Shown here in pieces: positions 8,349-19,242 of a stretch of 49,536 nucleotides of DNA. A program made the position numbers and the translations under genes. The stretch comes from Actinomycetota bacterium (GTDB lineage Bacteria > Planctomycetota > Phycisphaerae > JAACET01). The notes beneath the pieces are model-generated. The model did not search any database, was not told the DNA's origin, and worked only from the letters and a program-made list of their open reading frames with translations. The stretch is taken from positions 1 through 49,536 of the forward strand of contig JAACET010000002.1 of the NCBI GenBank assembly GCA_011682385.1, written 5' to 3'. Position 1 is the stretch's first letter. Each line of letters opens with the position of its first letter.

Positions 8349-9845
8349 ATGTCAAAGAATATGCTGTTTCGGGTCGCATTGGTTGCTCAGACTCTCTTGC
8401 TCGTCGGATCGGCCATGGCGGAAGAAGCTGCCGACCGAGGCCATCGCATCTTGCTGGAGAAGGGGCTTCAAATCGAGGCCCGGGTGTATCCCTGGACCAC
8501 GAGCAGTTTTGACCTGAACCGTTGGCAGGATTCGAATTTCACGTCGGCGAATTTCGAGACGGTGAATAGCGTGTCGTGGCTGGGGACGGCGCCGGGGATT
8601 CCTTGGTCGCGTGTCGATCCCGGGGGCCATGCGGAACTGACCGCCATGGAACTGTCCTACTTGACGAACATGGTGGGCTTTCAGTATCGGGATGAGCAGA
8701 ACCTCAGCGATCCTGCGGAGGTGGCCCTGGCAGCCACGTGGCTGGCGTCGAACCGAACGAGGTATCCGAATGTGCTGGGGTACACGAATCAATGGGGCAC
8801 TACGGTCAGCACGACCCACATGCGAACGTACATGCAACAGGCACAGCCGGACATGGTCATGTTCGACACCTACCCGTTCAAAGGGAGCAACCCGGCCGGG
8901 GGCAGCCCGACGGAACTGTACAATACGATGGTCAAGTACCGGAATCTGGGCTTGGGGGGTAACGACGCTACGGGCAATACGCCGATCCCCTACGCGTTGT
9001 ATCTTCAGACGTTCAAGGGCGGCGGCTGGGATCGGTTCCCATCGGATTCGGAAATGCGTCTGAATCAGTTCGCCGCCTGGACTTTCGGATACACGTTCGT
9101 CACGGCATGGGTGTACAACGCGCCGAACTCGACGTACCAATCGCCTTTTTTCAACGGGCTGGGCGACGGGTCTCCCACGGCGGCGTTCAATAAGATCGCC
9201 GAAACCAATCGGCAAAGTCGGAACCTTGGCAAGACACTGGTTCGCCTGCTCAGTACCGATGTTCGCTTTATTGCGGGTAAGCATATGGAGGAGGAATGGC
9301 AATGGTGGCCCCCCGGTTATGTGGATGTAGTGAAGGACAACGATACCCCATCGGGAATGTCCGCCTGGAACTCGAGTGCCGATCCTTACATCACGAATAT
9401 CTCTGCGTCGAACTTGGGCAACAAGAACGATGGGCTGAAAGGGGACGTGCTGGTGGGCTATTTCGAACCCCTATTGGAATCGGATGACGGTCCGGAGTAT
9501 AATGATGAGATATACTTCATGATTGCCAACGGGTTGTCCGACAAGAACGGTTTGGTTTCGGAAACCAGGCAACAGATCACGATCGATTTCGATTTCGGCG
9601 TCAGCGGCATCGACAGCCTTCAGAGACTCAGCAGGGAAACCGGCTTGGTCGAGGTTGTGTCGCTTTTGCCTCTGGGTGGTGGGGGTGGTGGGTCACAATA
9701 CCGTTTGGCCTTGACGCTGGACGGCGGGACCGGAGACCTCTTCAAGTTCAACACCGGCGCGCCGTTCATTGTACCGGAACCTGCATCGTTGGGTATGGTC
9801 GGATGTTCGCTGCTGGTGGCGATGTTGGTGCGACGGCGGTTCTGA
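8349..9845 (+). CDS. Secreted PEP-CTERM-anchored protein, function unknown (possibly glycoside-hydrolase-like)
   Basis: Signal peptide is [24 protein letters not shown]. The C-terminus is [24 protein letters not shown] (PEP-CTERM). A Gly run (GGGGGG) sits before the tail. Confidence 0.8.
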   Translation: MSKNMLFRVALVAQTLLLVGSAMAEEAADRGHRILLEKGLQIEARVYPWTTSSFDLNRWQDSNFTSANFETVNSVSWLGTAPGIPWSRVDPGGHAELTAMELSYLTNMVGFQYRDEQNLSDPAEVALAATWLASNRTRYPNVLGYTNQWGTTVSTTHMRTYMQQAQPDMVMFDTYPFKGSNPAGGSPTELYNTMVKYRNLGLGGNDATGNTPIPYALYLQTFKGGGWDRFPSDSEMRLNQFAAWTFGYTFVTAWVYNAPNSTYQSPFFNGLGDGSPTAAFNKIAETNRQSRNLGKTLVRLLSTDVRFIAGKHMEEEWQWWPPGYVDVVKDNDTPSGMSAWNSSADPYITNISASNLGNKNDGLKGDVLVGYFEPLLESDDGPEYNDEIYFMIANGLSDKNGLVSETRQQITIDFDFGVSGIDSLQRLSRETGLVEVVSLLPLGGGGGGSQYRLALTLDGGTGDLFKFNTGAPFIVPEPASLGMVGCSLLVAMLVRRRF

Positions 9846-9957
9846 TCATTTGCGAATGGGCAAGAGAATGACATTGTGGAAAGGGCTTTTCTGTACGAAC
9901 CTTGTGAGATCGAAGTCCAAACTCTCCGTCTTAGGCTGTCCGGACGCTCGTCTCCGA

Positions 9958-10716
9958 ATGGCTCGTGCATGGTTTTTCATCCGTGAACTTATGATGTTTT
10001 CCTTTGGTCCAATCAGCGGAATCGTTTCTACCGTCCGGGGTGCGAAGCCCGCACGTTGGCGGCATAGCTGCTTCCGCAGGAACCTACACGCTTTTACACT
10101 TATAGAATTATTAGTGGTGGTGGCTATCATCGCCCTGCTGGTCTCCTTACTACTGCCTTCTTTGCAGAAGGCACGGGAGATGGCCAAGAGTGCCGTCTGC
10201 CAAAGCAATCAGAAGCAAATAGGCTTGGCTATGGCCATGTACATGCAGGATTACAATGGCTACGTGCCCTGCGGTCTGACATCGCCACCGGCTATCGAAA
10301 CTCGCGTGTACGGCCATTTCCTTTTGCCTTACATTCCCTGGGGTCAGATCAACATGCCGAAGCCCACTGAAGTAAATGTCTTCATGTGCCCGGCCAACGA
10401 TTTTAACTGGAACTCCCATGGGCTACGCTTCAATCTCGGGGAAAATAGCTGGTACATGAACATGAACTACGAGAACTGGGCCCGTCCCATCGAGTACGCA
10501 AAGCCTAGTCGCTGCATAATGCTCGGCGACGGCAACCCGGAGTATTTTGGGAATATTATGATCAACTACCAAGGGCCTCCCGATGGTCTGCCGTCATATC
10601 ACGTGGGCTATGTACACCTCGACGGGGCCAATTTCCTCTATTTTGATATGCATGTTGAATGGCGCGAGAACAACTATTTGGAAAGGCGGGCCGACTTGAC
10701 CCAATCGCCGTGGTGA
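9958..10716 (+). CDS. Prepilin-type N-terminal cleavage/methylation domain protein (pseudopilin-like, H-X9-DG/DUF1559-like)
   Basis: [32 protein letters not shown] is a class III signal. The C-terminal [16 protein letters not shown] resembles the H-X9-DG motif. The start is uncertain (ATG candidates at 9856, 9868, 9958, 9991). The listed 9769 start overlaps the upstream gene. Confidence 0.8.
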   Translation: MARAWFFIRELMMFSFGPISGIVSTVRGAKPARWRHSCFRRNLHAFTLIELLVVVAIIALLVSLLLPSLQKAREMAKSAVCQSNQKQIGLAMAMYMQDYNGYVPCGLTSPPAIETRVYGHFLLPYIPWGQINMPKPTEVNVFMCPANDFNWNSHGLRFNLGENSWYMNMNYENWARPIEYAKPSRCIMLGDGNPEYFGNIMINYQGPPDGLPSYHVGYVHLDGANFLYFDMHVEWRENNYLERRADLTQSPW

Positions 10717-10773
10717 TCTTGCGGACCATTTCAACGAACACCGAACCTCCCCCAGAGACGAAAGGCTAAAAAA

Positions 10774-12084
10774 ATGATTCCCAAAGATTACTCTCTCTCC
10801 AGGAATCTTACTGCTTCTACCGTTGCGGCCCTGTGCTTAATTATCTTCCATGGCTGCATGGCCACGGCGAACGATGTCGGCGGCATAGCTGACTTGACTG
10901 TCACCAGGTGTGATAATCCACCGACCATCGACGGCGATCTTAAGGACCGCTGCTGGAAGAAAGCAGCCCAGACTGGACCGTTCTCGAACTTCATGCCGAA
11001 TGAAGCCCTAACCCAGAAAACCATCGCCTATCTGACCTATGATGACAATAACCTCTACATCGCCTTTCAGTGTTTTGAGTCTAAGCCCGGCGGAATCGTG
11101 GCTACCAAAACTCAGAGGGATTCATACGTTTGGGATGATGATTCAGTCGAGGTTTTCCTGGATACGAATCTGGACCGCAAGACCTATTACCACTTCATCG
11201 TAAACACGCTAAATGCGCAGTACGATGAATTTGGACACAAGAATCCCAGATGGAACGGCCAATGGCGTTCGGGCGTGAAGATCCATAAGGATTACTGGGT
11301 CGCAGAGCTGGCTATTCCCTTTAAGATACTGAAGACCGAAAGTGACACTTGGGGAGTGAACTTCACGCGTGAAAGGCGCGGTCAGCCGTCTGAGAGTAGT
11401 ACCTGGTCTGCGTTGCGAAATAGCTTTCACAAACCGGAGGAGTTCAAGACTATAGATGGCCTGGACGTATCCTTCTATGCTTCGCTCAAATTAGGCGAGG
11501 CAACCATAGGCAATCTGGTGGGCACGAACCAGGCCCAAGTACAGGTGGAAAACAAGGCCGATGACAGAAAACTGATACTCAAGCTGACCGTGACCGAACC
11601 AAAGGGCAAGACCACAGAACATACCCAGGCTGTCGACGTACCGAGTGGAGCACAGGCCACGCTGTCTGCGGGCTACCTGTTGTCGGAGCCAGGCCTGCAC
11701 AAGTTCGTTCTGGACATTGTGGACGTGGCAGCGTCCAGAAGTATCTATGAGATATCACTGAAGAGGCGTGTTCCTCAGTTGCTGGGTTTGGTTCTACCGA
11801 CATCTATCTACTATGAGGATGATGATTCAATAGCGGCCGAGATAATGGTCAACGCGGCCGATGACCTCAGGGCCAAGCTTCAGATGGAGATAAAAGTAGC
11901 AGACGATAAAGGCAACACAGTGTCGCAGAAGACACTGCCAGCACCGAAGCAAAAGGAGTTCCTGGATTACGACATTTCAGGTCTTGGCAGGGGCAAATAC
12001 CTTTTCGAGGTCAAGCTTATCAGAGACGGCAATACCGCCGCATCTGCAGAGAAGGAATTTGAGAAAATCGAAGGATTCTGGTGA
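10774..12084 (+). CDS. Secreted CBM9-like (DOMON-type) carbohydrate-binding protein
   Basis: It has a signal peptide. DGDLKDRCWKKA...YLTYDDNNLYIAFQCFE...DDSVEVFLDTNLDRKTYYHFIVN...WVAELAIPFKIL...WGVNFTRER matches the family-9 CBM-like pattern. Confidence 0.7.
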   Translation: MIPKDYSLSRNLTASTVAALCLIIFHGCMATANDVGGIADLTVTRCDNPPTIDGDLKDRCWKKAAQTGPFSNFMPNEALTQKTIAYLTYDDNNLYIAFQCFESKPGGIVATKTQRDSYVWDDDSVEVFLDTNLDRKTYYHFIVNTLNAQYDEFGHKNPRWNGQWRSGVKIHKDYWVAELAIPFKILKTESDTWGVNFTRERRGQPSESSTWSALRNSFHKPEEFKTIDGLDVSFYASLKLGEATIGNLVGTNQAQVQVENKADDRKLILKLTVTEPKGKTTEHTQAVDVPSGAQATLSAGYLLSEPGLHKFVLDIVDVAASRSIYEISLKRRVPQLLGLVLPTSIYYEDDDSIAAEIMVNAADDLRAKLQMEIKVADDKGNTVSQKTLPAPKQKEFLDYDISGLGRGKYLFEVKLIRDGNTAASAEKEFEKIEGFW

Positions 12085-12140
12085 TCTACACCAATAGGCT
12101 GGCTCAATAAACAGAAGTATGGAACCATAATTGCACTGAT

Positions 12141-14105
12141 GTGAACAAACTAATCCCTTTTCTGCCAACGAAGGAATCCCTACTGATGCTCATATTAGTA
12201 TTCGCATGCATGATGCTTTTGGGTTTATCGTCAATTCCGAACTCCTGCGCAAGTGCTGGCACTATCGAAGTCGATGGCAAGAGCTATCGCGTTATAGAAC
12301 ACGCTGAAGATCATCCATCCTCGCTGTTCTCAGGAGCGGATAGAGATCGGGGCTACGTGGTGTTCACAAGAGAAGATCCCACCGGGATATATCCGAACTC
12401 ATACCCGGCCCTGGGTGAATTGGTCAAGGAAATCAAGGTTTTTGCCTCACCGGGTGAATACGAGCCGATAAGTTTTGCAGTCTACTCACTTAAAGACCTG
12501 GACCAGATCAGAGTAGAGGTTAGCAACTTCGTGAATGAGCAACACCAGAAACTCACGAAGGAATACATTGACGTTCGGTCCGTAACGTGCTGGTTGCAGG
12601 CCGTCAAAGGAGGCTTCTCCTCTCCCGGCAGGGTATATAAAATGGTGCCTGAGCTGTTGGAGAAGGCGGTGCCGCTGGATATGGAGGCCAAGACCTGCAA
12701 ACAATATTGGCTGACCGTACACGTGCCAAAAGGGACCTTGCCGGGCGTTTACAGCGGCGGTGTGAAAATATCCTCGTCCAATGCAGAGGATTTGCAGATA
12801 CCAGTTGAACTGAAAGTCCTTCCAATTGATTTGCCCAATGAGCTTCCTTACGTTATCGGCTGTTGGGTGGGAATCTCCGGTATGCCTACTCGGGTGAACA
12901 AGATCGGGCGTTACGCGTGGGAGGAAATCCCAGTTCGGTTCAAGGACATGAAAGAGCACGGGATGAACAGTATGGTCTGGGATTGTCCGGACTCCTCATT
13001 TCAATACGAAATGATGGGAGTTCGCGGGTCCGGCAAGCTCGAGCTGGATTTTACCACGGACAACAAGATCATTGAGATGTACAAGCAGGCCGGTTTCCGT
13101 GGACCAATCATTATCGAGTTGTCCAAATACACCACCAGTTTGGCTAATTTTCTCCAAATGAATTTTCCCAATTCATATTACCGAGAGGGCAACAGGGGAA
13201 GCCACTGTCAACCTCCTGTGGACAAGACTCCGCCGGAGTACATAGAAGCTTATAAGGAAGGGCTCAGGCAGATGTATCAGAACGCCAAGGAGAACGACTG
13301 GCCGGAGATCATCTGGCATATCAACGATGAGCCGGTGCATCAGGGGATGGAGGTAATAAGAACGGCCGCTGCCCAGTACAAATGGGCCAAAGAGGCGGTA
13401 CCAGAAGTTAGAACCTTCTGCACGCTCTACGATGACGATTCTTTGGCGGAGTCGGAAAGAATATTTAAGATGTTCGCTGGCTATCTCGATGTGCGAACGA
13501 CGTGGCCCGGCTTTGAGAACGAAGAATACAAGCAACTTAACGAACGGATGATAGGCCAGGGCGTTTACAAAGAATGTTGGATCGTCAGCATTGAGCTGGA
13601 CAAGCCCGAAATGGGAGCCTTTACACGAGCAAGAGTCAAATCAGGTCTAAAGATCAGAAAGGATGGCGTAACGGGATCCTTCTATTGGCACTACGGTTAT
13701 ATGGGCCAAAAAGCCGGTGGCGGACACATCGGCGTTAAGGATGGCTGCTGGGATCCGCACACAGACTTCCCCGTAAGACAGGTAGCCTTGTCGTATCGTA
13801 GCCCGGATAACTCAGCCGTTCCTACACTTGCGTGGGAAGGAATACGGGAAGGTATAGATGATCTGAGGTATATCACCGCCCTGGAGGATCTGATTTCGCG
13901 GGCAAGTGCACAGGCCGATCCTGAACTCAGGGGCCAGATCATCAAGGGGCAGAAAATCTTGCAGGGCATTCTGGATTCTTTGCCGTGGGTAAAGATTGAC
14001 CGAATGAGTACTTCTGCCGTGAGTAACTCTCAGATGAGTGAGTATCGCCGCAAGATCGCCGTGGCGATCATGGACCTAAGCGAAGCTTTAGAACGCTGCA
14101 AGTAA
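12141..14105 (+). CDS. Paralogue 1 of a secreted GH123/DUF4091-like putative glycoside hydrolase (core only, no N-terminal jelly-roll)
   Basis: The signal peptide is ...MLILVFACMMLLGLSSIPNSCASA, so ATG 12186 is an alternative start. Core strings shared with the next three genes include PGEYEP, KQYWLTVHVPKGTLPGVYSGGVKI, MGVRGSGKL, NDWPEIIWHINDEP and PTLAWEGIREGIDD. Confidence 0.65.
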   Translation: MNKLIPFLPTKESLLMLILVFACMMLLGLSSIPNSCASAGTIEVDGKSYRVIEHAEDHPSSLFSGADRDRGYVVFTREDPTGIYPNSYPALGELVKEIKVFASPGEYEPISFAVYSLKDLDQIRVEVSNFVNEQHQKLTKEYIDVRSVTCWLQAVKGGFSSPGRVYKMVPELLEKAVPLDMEAKTCKQYWLTVHVPKGTLPGVYSGGVKISSSNAEDLQIPVELKVLPIDLPNELPYVIGCWVGISGMPTRVNKIGRYAWEEIPVRFKDMKEHGMNSMVWDCPDSSFQYEMMGVRGSGKLELDFTTDNKIIEMYKQAGFRGPIIIELSKYTTSLANFLQMNFPNSYYREGNRGSHCQPPVDKTPPEYIEAYKEGLRQMYQNAKENDWPEIIWHINDEPVHQGMEVIRTAAAQYKWAKEAVPEVRTFCTLYDDDSLAESERIFKMFAGYLDVRTTWPGFENEEYKQLNERMIGQGVYKECWIVSIELDKPEMGAFTRARVKSGLKIRKDGVTGSFYWHYGYMGQKAGGGHIGVKDGCWDPHTDFPVRQVALSYRSPDNSAVPTLAWEGIREGIDDLRYITALEDLISRASAQADPELRGQIIKGQKILQGILDSLPWVKIDRMSTSAVSNSQMSEYRRKIAVAIMDLSEALERCK

Positions 14106-14201
14106 GGATACGTAATGTCAAAGGATTTCGATAGAATCGAAGGGTTTGGTGAAGGCTACACCGCCTCCTCATCAACAGCATAAACAAAAAGGAGTCTTGA
14201 A

Positions 14202-16655
14202 ATGGCGAAAGTCCAGCTAACGTTACGAACAAATGTCTGTGCAATTGGATTCGGCCTGGTTCTTCTCGTGGCCGGATCGGCCTGCGGGCAAAACGTGATC
14301 TATAACGGCAACTTTGAGCGAGGAGCTTATGATAAGTTGCCGACGGGCTGGAAGCATATTTCCTGGATAGGCGGCAAGAAGTTCGAGACGGGCAAATTCG
14401 ACGTCGGGCTCAGCCCGGACGTCAATGCCGGGAACGGAAAGAAGTGCCTCAAGATCACTGGCAGCCAGATCAGCGAAAAAGGCAAGGAGATGTGCCGGGC
14501 GGGCGTGCAGAGCCGTCCGTTCACCTGGGCGCCGGACATGAAGTACACGATAAGGTTCTTCTACAAGACCGATGTCAAGAAGACGCAACAGGGCTATGCA
14601 CCGGCATATATAGCCATCCGTGGCAATGTCGGTGCTGAATGGTCAGAGAAGTGGCTCAAGGATACCAAAGGCACCTGGCAGATGATGACGGGTGTCTTTC
14701 GTTACGTCGGGCCCAGAGAAGAGGGGTCTATTCAGTTGCGCGGCTACGCTGAGGGGGACATATTGTTCGACGAAATTATCATTGAGCCGGCCGGAAAGGC
14801 CTTGGTCGTCGAGGTGGATGGAAAAAAGTACGCGGTGGAAGAGCATGAGGAAAAACATCCGCCGGCGCCACTATCGGATGAGGACCGGAACCGCGGTTAT
14901 ACTGTTTTCAAGAGAGGCGACCCGGCCGGCATATACCCTACTTCATATCCCGCTCCTGGAGAACTAATCCAGGATCTCAAGACCTTTGCCACGCCGGGCG
15001 AATACGAGCCGGTTGATTTTGCTCTCTATCCGTTGAAGGATCTACAGCAGGTTCGCGTTGAGGTCAGCGATCTGGCAGATGAGAAAGGTCGGGTTCTAAG
15101 TAAAGATTGTATCGACGTTCGTAGTGTCAAATGTTGGATACAGGCGGCGGCCAGGAGTTATAAGGTCGTTCCTGAGTTGCTGGACAAGACCGGCCCGCTT
15201 GATCTGAAGGCCAAAGTCCCGCAACAATACTGGCTGACGTTTCACGTTCCCTCGGATACTCCCGCGGGCAAGTACAAAGGCAAGATAACTATCACTCCGG
15301 AGAATGGCCCCAGCAGCGAGATCATGCTGGGCCTGCGGGTACTGCCTTTCACTCTCGCTGAGACACCCTATAAGTTCGGTTGCTGGGTAGACATCTCCGC
15401 TATGCCGGGCCCCTTACGTGAGAAAGGTCGTTATTCGTGGGAGGAAATCCCGGTTCGGTTCAAGGACATGAAAGAGCATGGGATGAACAGTATGGTCTAC
15501 GATGTTCCGGATTCCTCATTCGATCCCAAAATGATGGGAGTTCGCGGTTCAGGCAAACTCGATATGGACTTTTCCACGGACAACAAGATCGTTGAGATGT
15601 ACAAGCAAGCCGGCTTTCGTGGACCAATCGTTGTCGAGTTTTCCAAATACACCACCAATTTGTCTAAATTTCTCCAAATGAATTTTCCCAATTCATATTA
15701 CAAAGGCGGCAACAGGGGAGGCCACTGTCAGCCACCTGTGGATAAGACCCCGCCGGAGTACATTGAAGGCTATAAGGAGGGCATCAGGCAGATGTACCGC
15801 AATGCCAAGGAGAACGACTGGCCCGAGCTGATATGGCACGTCAACGACGAACCGGCGTACCAGGGAATGGAGGTCATAAAGACAGCCGCGGCGGAGTATA
15901 GGTGGGCCAAAGAAGCCACGCCTGAGGTCAGGACCTGGTGCGTCCTGAAGTCGAACGACGAGGACCTAATAAGACTCTTTTCTCCTTATGTTGACATATT
16001 ATGCAACTATGTCAGTAGCGAAGAAGACTATCTCTTGACCACGAAGTTGCTGGCCGAAGGCGTTTACAAAGAACGGTGGGGATACATAGGGCCCGGAAAT
16101 GTGGAAACTGACGCTTACGAAAGCGGCAGATTGGACTCGGGATTCAAGTTCAAGAGAACCGGCATGACGGGGATGTTCTTTTGGGGTTACGGCTTTATGG
16201 GGCAGGGCAGCACCATTGCTGGTCCGGGCAACCATCTCGGCGCGAAGAATGGCCAGTGGGATGAATATATTGATTTTCCAACGTCAAGATCGGGAGCATC
16301 ATGGGGATCCAAAAAAATTGCCTTTAGCTACCGTTCGCCCAAGGATCCTCTTGAGGTCGTTCCCACGCTGGCCTGGGAAGGGGTGCGTGAGGGAATAGAC
16401 GATGTGAAATACATTGTTACGCTTGAGGGTTTGATCGCCGAGGCCAAAGCCAGCGGCAGCAAGGAGGCAAGAGACGAGGCCCTTTCTGCCCAACGCATGC
16501 TCAAGGATATGTTAGCAGCCATCCCCTGGGGTGTGACAGATATTGACTGGGCGACGGCTGTGCCTGTAGAGCCGTTATCTAACGAGCAGATGAGTAAATA
16601 CCGCTGGCAGATTGCTCTGAAAATCATGAAACTTTCTGAGTTACTGGGACGTTGA
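14202..16655 (+). CDS. Paralogue 2: secreted CBM-like jelly-roll plus GH123/DUF4091-like core
   Basis: RBS AAAGGAG precedes the start. The signal peptide ends in ...VAGSACGQN. The N-terminal NGNFERG...W...FDEIIIEPAG module is CBM4_9-like. The core carries WHVNDEPAYQG. A unique insert (PTSRSGASWGSKK) distinguishes it from copy 4. Confidence 0.7.
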   Translation: MAKVQLTLRTNVCAIGFGLVLLVAGSACGQNVIYNGNFERGAYDKLPTGWKHISWIGGKKFETGKFDVGLSPDVNAGNGKKCLKITGSQISEKGKEMCRAGVQSRPFTWAPDMKYTIRFFYKTDVKKTQQGYAPAYIAIRGNVGAEWSEKWLKDTKGTWQMMTGVFRYVGPREEGSIQLRGYAEGDILFDEIIIEPAGKALVVEVDGKKYAVEEHEEKHPPAPLSDEDRNRGYTVFKRGDPAGIYPTSYPAPGELIQDLKTFATPGEYEPVDFALYPLKDLQQVRVEVSDLADEKGRVLSKDCIDVRSVKCWIQAAARSYKVVPELLDKTGPLDLKAKVPQQYWLTFHVPSDTPAGKYKGKITITPENGPSSEIMLGLRVLPFTLAETPYKFGCWVDISAMPGPLREKGRYSWEEIPVRFKDMKEHGMNSMVYDVPDSSFDPKMMGVRGSGKLDMDFSTDNKIVEMYKQAGFRGPIVVEFSKYTTNLSKFLQMNFPNSYYKGGNRGGHCQPPVDKTPPEYIEGYKEGIRQMYRNAKENDWPELIWHVNDEPAYQGMEVIKTAAAEYRWAKEATPEVRTWCVLKSNDEDLIRLFSPYVDILCNYVSSEEDYLLTTKLLAEGVYKERWGYIGPGNVETDAYESGRLDSGFKFKRTGMTGMFFWGYGFMGQGSTIAGPGNHLGAKNGQWDEYIDFPTSRSGASWGSKKIAFSYRSPKDPLEVVPTLAWEGVREGIDDVKYIVTLEGLIAEAKASGSKEARDEALSAQRMLKDMLAAIPWGVTDIDWATAVPVEPLSNEQMSKYRWQIALKIMKLSELLGR

Positions 16656-16728
16656 GCGGCCAAAAGTCGGGCTAAAATAGGATCGGCTGTCAGGTCGGCG
16701 TTAGCCGTTAAAAACAAGGAGCAGTAGA

Positions 16729-19155
16729 ATGAAACGCGATTACAAATTGTTGCAGGTGTGCGAGAAGGTGGCCGTATTAGGCTTCTTGCTTCTGATGCCA
16801 CACTGTGTTTTTGGCGCAAACCTTATCACCAACGGCAACTTTGAGCGGGGGGCAGTGGGCGCTGCGCCTGTGGGATGGAAGCCATCTGTCTGGGCCGGTG
16901 GCAATCGCAACTCCGGCAAATTCAGCATCAAGCTCAGCACTGACGTACAAGCCGGTTGCGGCCGGAAATGTCTGCAAATCACCGGAAGCGAACTCGGCGA
17001 GGACAACGGCAAGGAAATATGTCGCGGCGGAGTCTGGAGCAAACCGTTCTTTCTCCAGCCCGACACGCAGTATGAGATCAGCTTCTTTTACAGAACCGAC
17101 ATAACCAAAACTCAACAGGGCTATGCACCGGCCTGGATATCCATTGGCGGGAACGTTTCTGTCGAATGGCGTGAGAACTGGCTGGCCGATACCGGCGGCA
17201 CCTGGAAGATGGTCACCGGCGTCTTTCATCACATCGGCGCAAGAGAGAAGGTCAAGATTCTCCTAAGAAACAATGCCGAGGGCGACGTATGGTTCGACGA
17301 AGTAATTGTTAGGCCCGCCGGTCAGGCTAAGACCGTAACCGTGCATGGAAAAAAATACGCCGTCGCAGAACATAAAGAAGACCACGAAATGACGCCGTTG
17401 ACAGACGAGGACTTAAACCGGCAGTACGTGGTCTTTAACAGAGCTGTCAACCCGGGCGCAATATATCCCACTTCATACCCGGCTCCCGGAGAAAAGATCG
17501 ATCAGCTCCGAACGTTCGCAACCCCTGGCGAGTATGAGCCTGTTAGTTTCACAATTTTTCCCCTCAAGGATCTTGCTAATGTGAAGGTCGAAGTAACTGA
17601 TTTGATTGACCCAAGCGGCAAGATTCTCAGCAAGGACTGCATCGATATTCGCAGTGTCAAATCCTGGATCCAGGGCGTTGGCCGAGGATATATGGTTGTG
17701 CCAGAACTGCTGGAAGAAGCCATACCCCTCGATTTGAAAACCAGGGTCTCACAGCAATACTGGCTGACCTTTCATATTCCAGAGGACGCCTCTGCCGGCA
17801 GGTACAAGGGCTCAATAACCATCACTGCAGAAAACGCCCCGAGCGCCAAGATCGATCTTGGAATGAGAATACTGCCTTTCACTCTCGACGGGGAGATTCC
17901 TTACGCCGTCGGCTACTATGCGGACATCTCCGCTATGGGTCCGCACCACCCCACTAACCGCTATTCCTGGGAGGAAATAGAGGTTCGCCTGAGGGACATG
18001 AAAGACCACGGGATGAACTGCCTGGTTTATAGTTATCCTGATTCTTCCTGGGACATAGAACTGATGGGAGTGCGTGGCTCGAAAGAGGTCAATCTGGACT
18101 TTAGCGTAGATAATCGCGTCATCGACATCTACAAGAAATCTGGCTTCACCGGACCGATCATAGTCGATTTATCAAGACTCTCCAACAGGCTGGCTGGCTT
18201 TCTGGGGCTCAATTACCCAAGTTCCTATTATCGTGGTGGAAGTAGAGGCGATACCCTTTTGCTCCTGGAAGATCAGGCCCCGCCGGAATTCGTCAAAGGT
18301 TTCAAGGATGCAATAAAACAAATGTGGCAGAACGCCAGGGAAAACGATTGGCCCGAACTGATTTACTATCCCATTGACGAACCGGCCTATCAGGGCGAAA
18401 GAACGATAAAGGCATCTATCCTGCAGTACAAGTGGATCAAGGAGGCAGTGCCCGAAGCACGAACGCTTTGCCCGGTCAAACCGAAGGGATTTCCACTGGA
18501 CGAAAAAGAGAAACTGTTCAGGCGGATGGGACCATATCTGGATATCCGAACAGGCCAGCTTTGGGGAACAGAAGAGTCAAAGCAGAACCAGATGCTAATC
18601 GACGAAGGCGTCTATCAGGAAATGTGGATGGTCCTCGGCCCGGCAAATTCTGAGCTTAATGCATACGTCTCCGCCAGAGATTGTTCCGGCTTCAAATTGA
18701 GGAAGACCGGCATGACCGGAATTACATACTGGACCTATGGACAGATGGGCCAGAACGACGGTAAAGGCGGAAAACTGGGCATAAAGGACGGCAAATGGGA
18801 TGAATACATCGATATCCCGGGCAAGTTCATAGCCGTATCCTACCGTTCGCCCAGGAACCCTATCGTGCCGGTACCCACTCTTGCATGGGAAGGCGTCAGA
18901 GAGGGTGTGGATGATCTGAAATACGTTGCCACATTGGAGAGGCTAATTGCACAGGCTAAGAAAAGCGATGTGCAAGAGACCAAAGACAAGGCCGCAGCAG
19001 CAGAAAAGATGCTTGAGTCAATTATTAGCGAGATTCCATGGACAATGGCTAGTATAGATTGGTGGGAAACCTCAGAAACGGAAGTTCTCCCCGACACTCA
19101 AATGAACAAGTTTCGCTGGAAGATTTGTCTGAAGATCATGGAACTTTCTCTCTGA
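16729..19155 (+). CDS. Paralogue 3: secreted CBM-like jelly-roll plus GH123/DUF4091-like core (most divergent copy)
   Basis: RBS AAGGAG precedes the start, and the signal peptide ends in ...MPHCVFGAN. The architecture matches copies 2 and 4. The core motif is YYPIDEPAYQG. Confidence 0.7.
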   Translation: MKRDYKLLQVCEKVAVLGFLLLMPHCVFGANLITNGNFERGAVGAAPVGWKPSVWAGGNRNSGKFSIKLSTDVQAGCGRKCLQITGSELGEDNGKEICRGGVWSKPFFLQPDTQYEISFFYRTDITKTQQGYAPAWISIGGNVSVEWRENWLADTGGTWKMVTGVFHHIGAREKVKILLRNNAEGDVWFDEVIVRPAGQAKTVTVHGKKYAVAEHKEDHEMTPLTDEDLNRQYVVFNRAVNPGAIYPTSYPAPGEKIDQLRTFATPGEYEPVSFTIFPLKDLANVKVEVTDLIDPSGKILSKDCIDIRSVKSWIQGVGRGYMVVPELLEEAIPLDLKTRVSQQYWLTFHIPEDASAGRYKGSITITAENAPSAKIDLGMRILPFTLDGEIPYAVGYYADISAMGPHHPTNRYSWEEIEVRLRDMKDHGMNCLVYSYPDSSWDIELMGVRGSKEVNLDFSVDNRVIDIYKKSGFTGPIIVDLSRLSNRLAGFLGLNYPSSYYRGGSRGDTLLLLEDQAPPEFVKGFKDAIKQMWQNARENDWPELIYYPIDEPAYQGERTIKASILQYKWIKEAVPEARTLCPVKPKGFPLDEKEKLFRRMGPYLDIRTGQLWGTEESKQNQMLIDEGVYQEMWMVLGPANSELNAYVSARDCSGFKLRKTGMTGITYWTYGQMGQNDGKGGKLGIKDGKWDEYIDIPGKFIAVSYRSPRNPIVPVPTLAWEGVREGVDDLKYVATLERLIAQAKKSDVQETKDKAAAAEKMLESIISEIPWTMASIDWWETSETEVLPDTQMNKFRWKICLKIMELSL

Positions 19156-19242
19156 GTGTGGCGACCTTGAAGTGCGAGAAACAGGCCGGAGCCTGAGATT
19201 AGTAATTACCACTGGAGTTTAGCAATAACAGGGAGCTGTGAA

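Noticed and set aside
8352-9302. 316-aa minus-strand ORF
   Set aside because: It is fully antisense to the well-supported PEP-CTERM gene 8349..9845. The translation is Arg/Pro-rich and low-complexity, as expected from reading a GC-rich gene backwards. There is no RBS or motif.
9769-9957. Upstream extension of the pseudopilin-like ORF
   Set aside because: It overlaps the end of the preceding gene by 77 nt and encodes a Trp/Cys/Arg-rich stretch. Class III signal peptides are short, so a downstream ATG is more plausible.
12486-12959. 157-aa minus-strand ORF and similar antisense ORFs across the paralogue array (e.g. 16328..16819, 16777..17232, 19906..20280)
   Set aside because: All are antisense to genes that are strongly supported by four-fold paralogue conservation in the plus frame.
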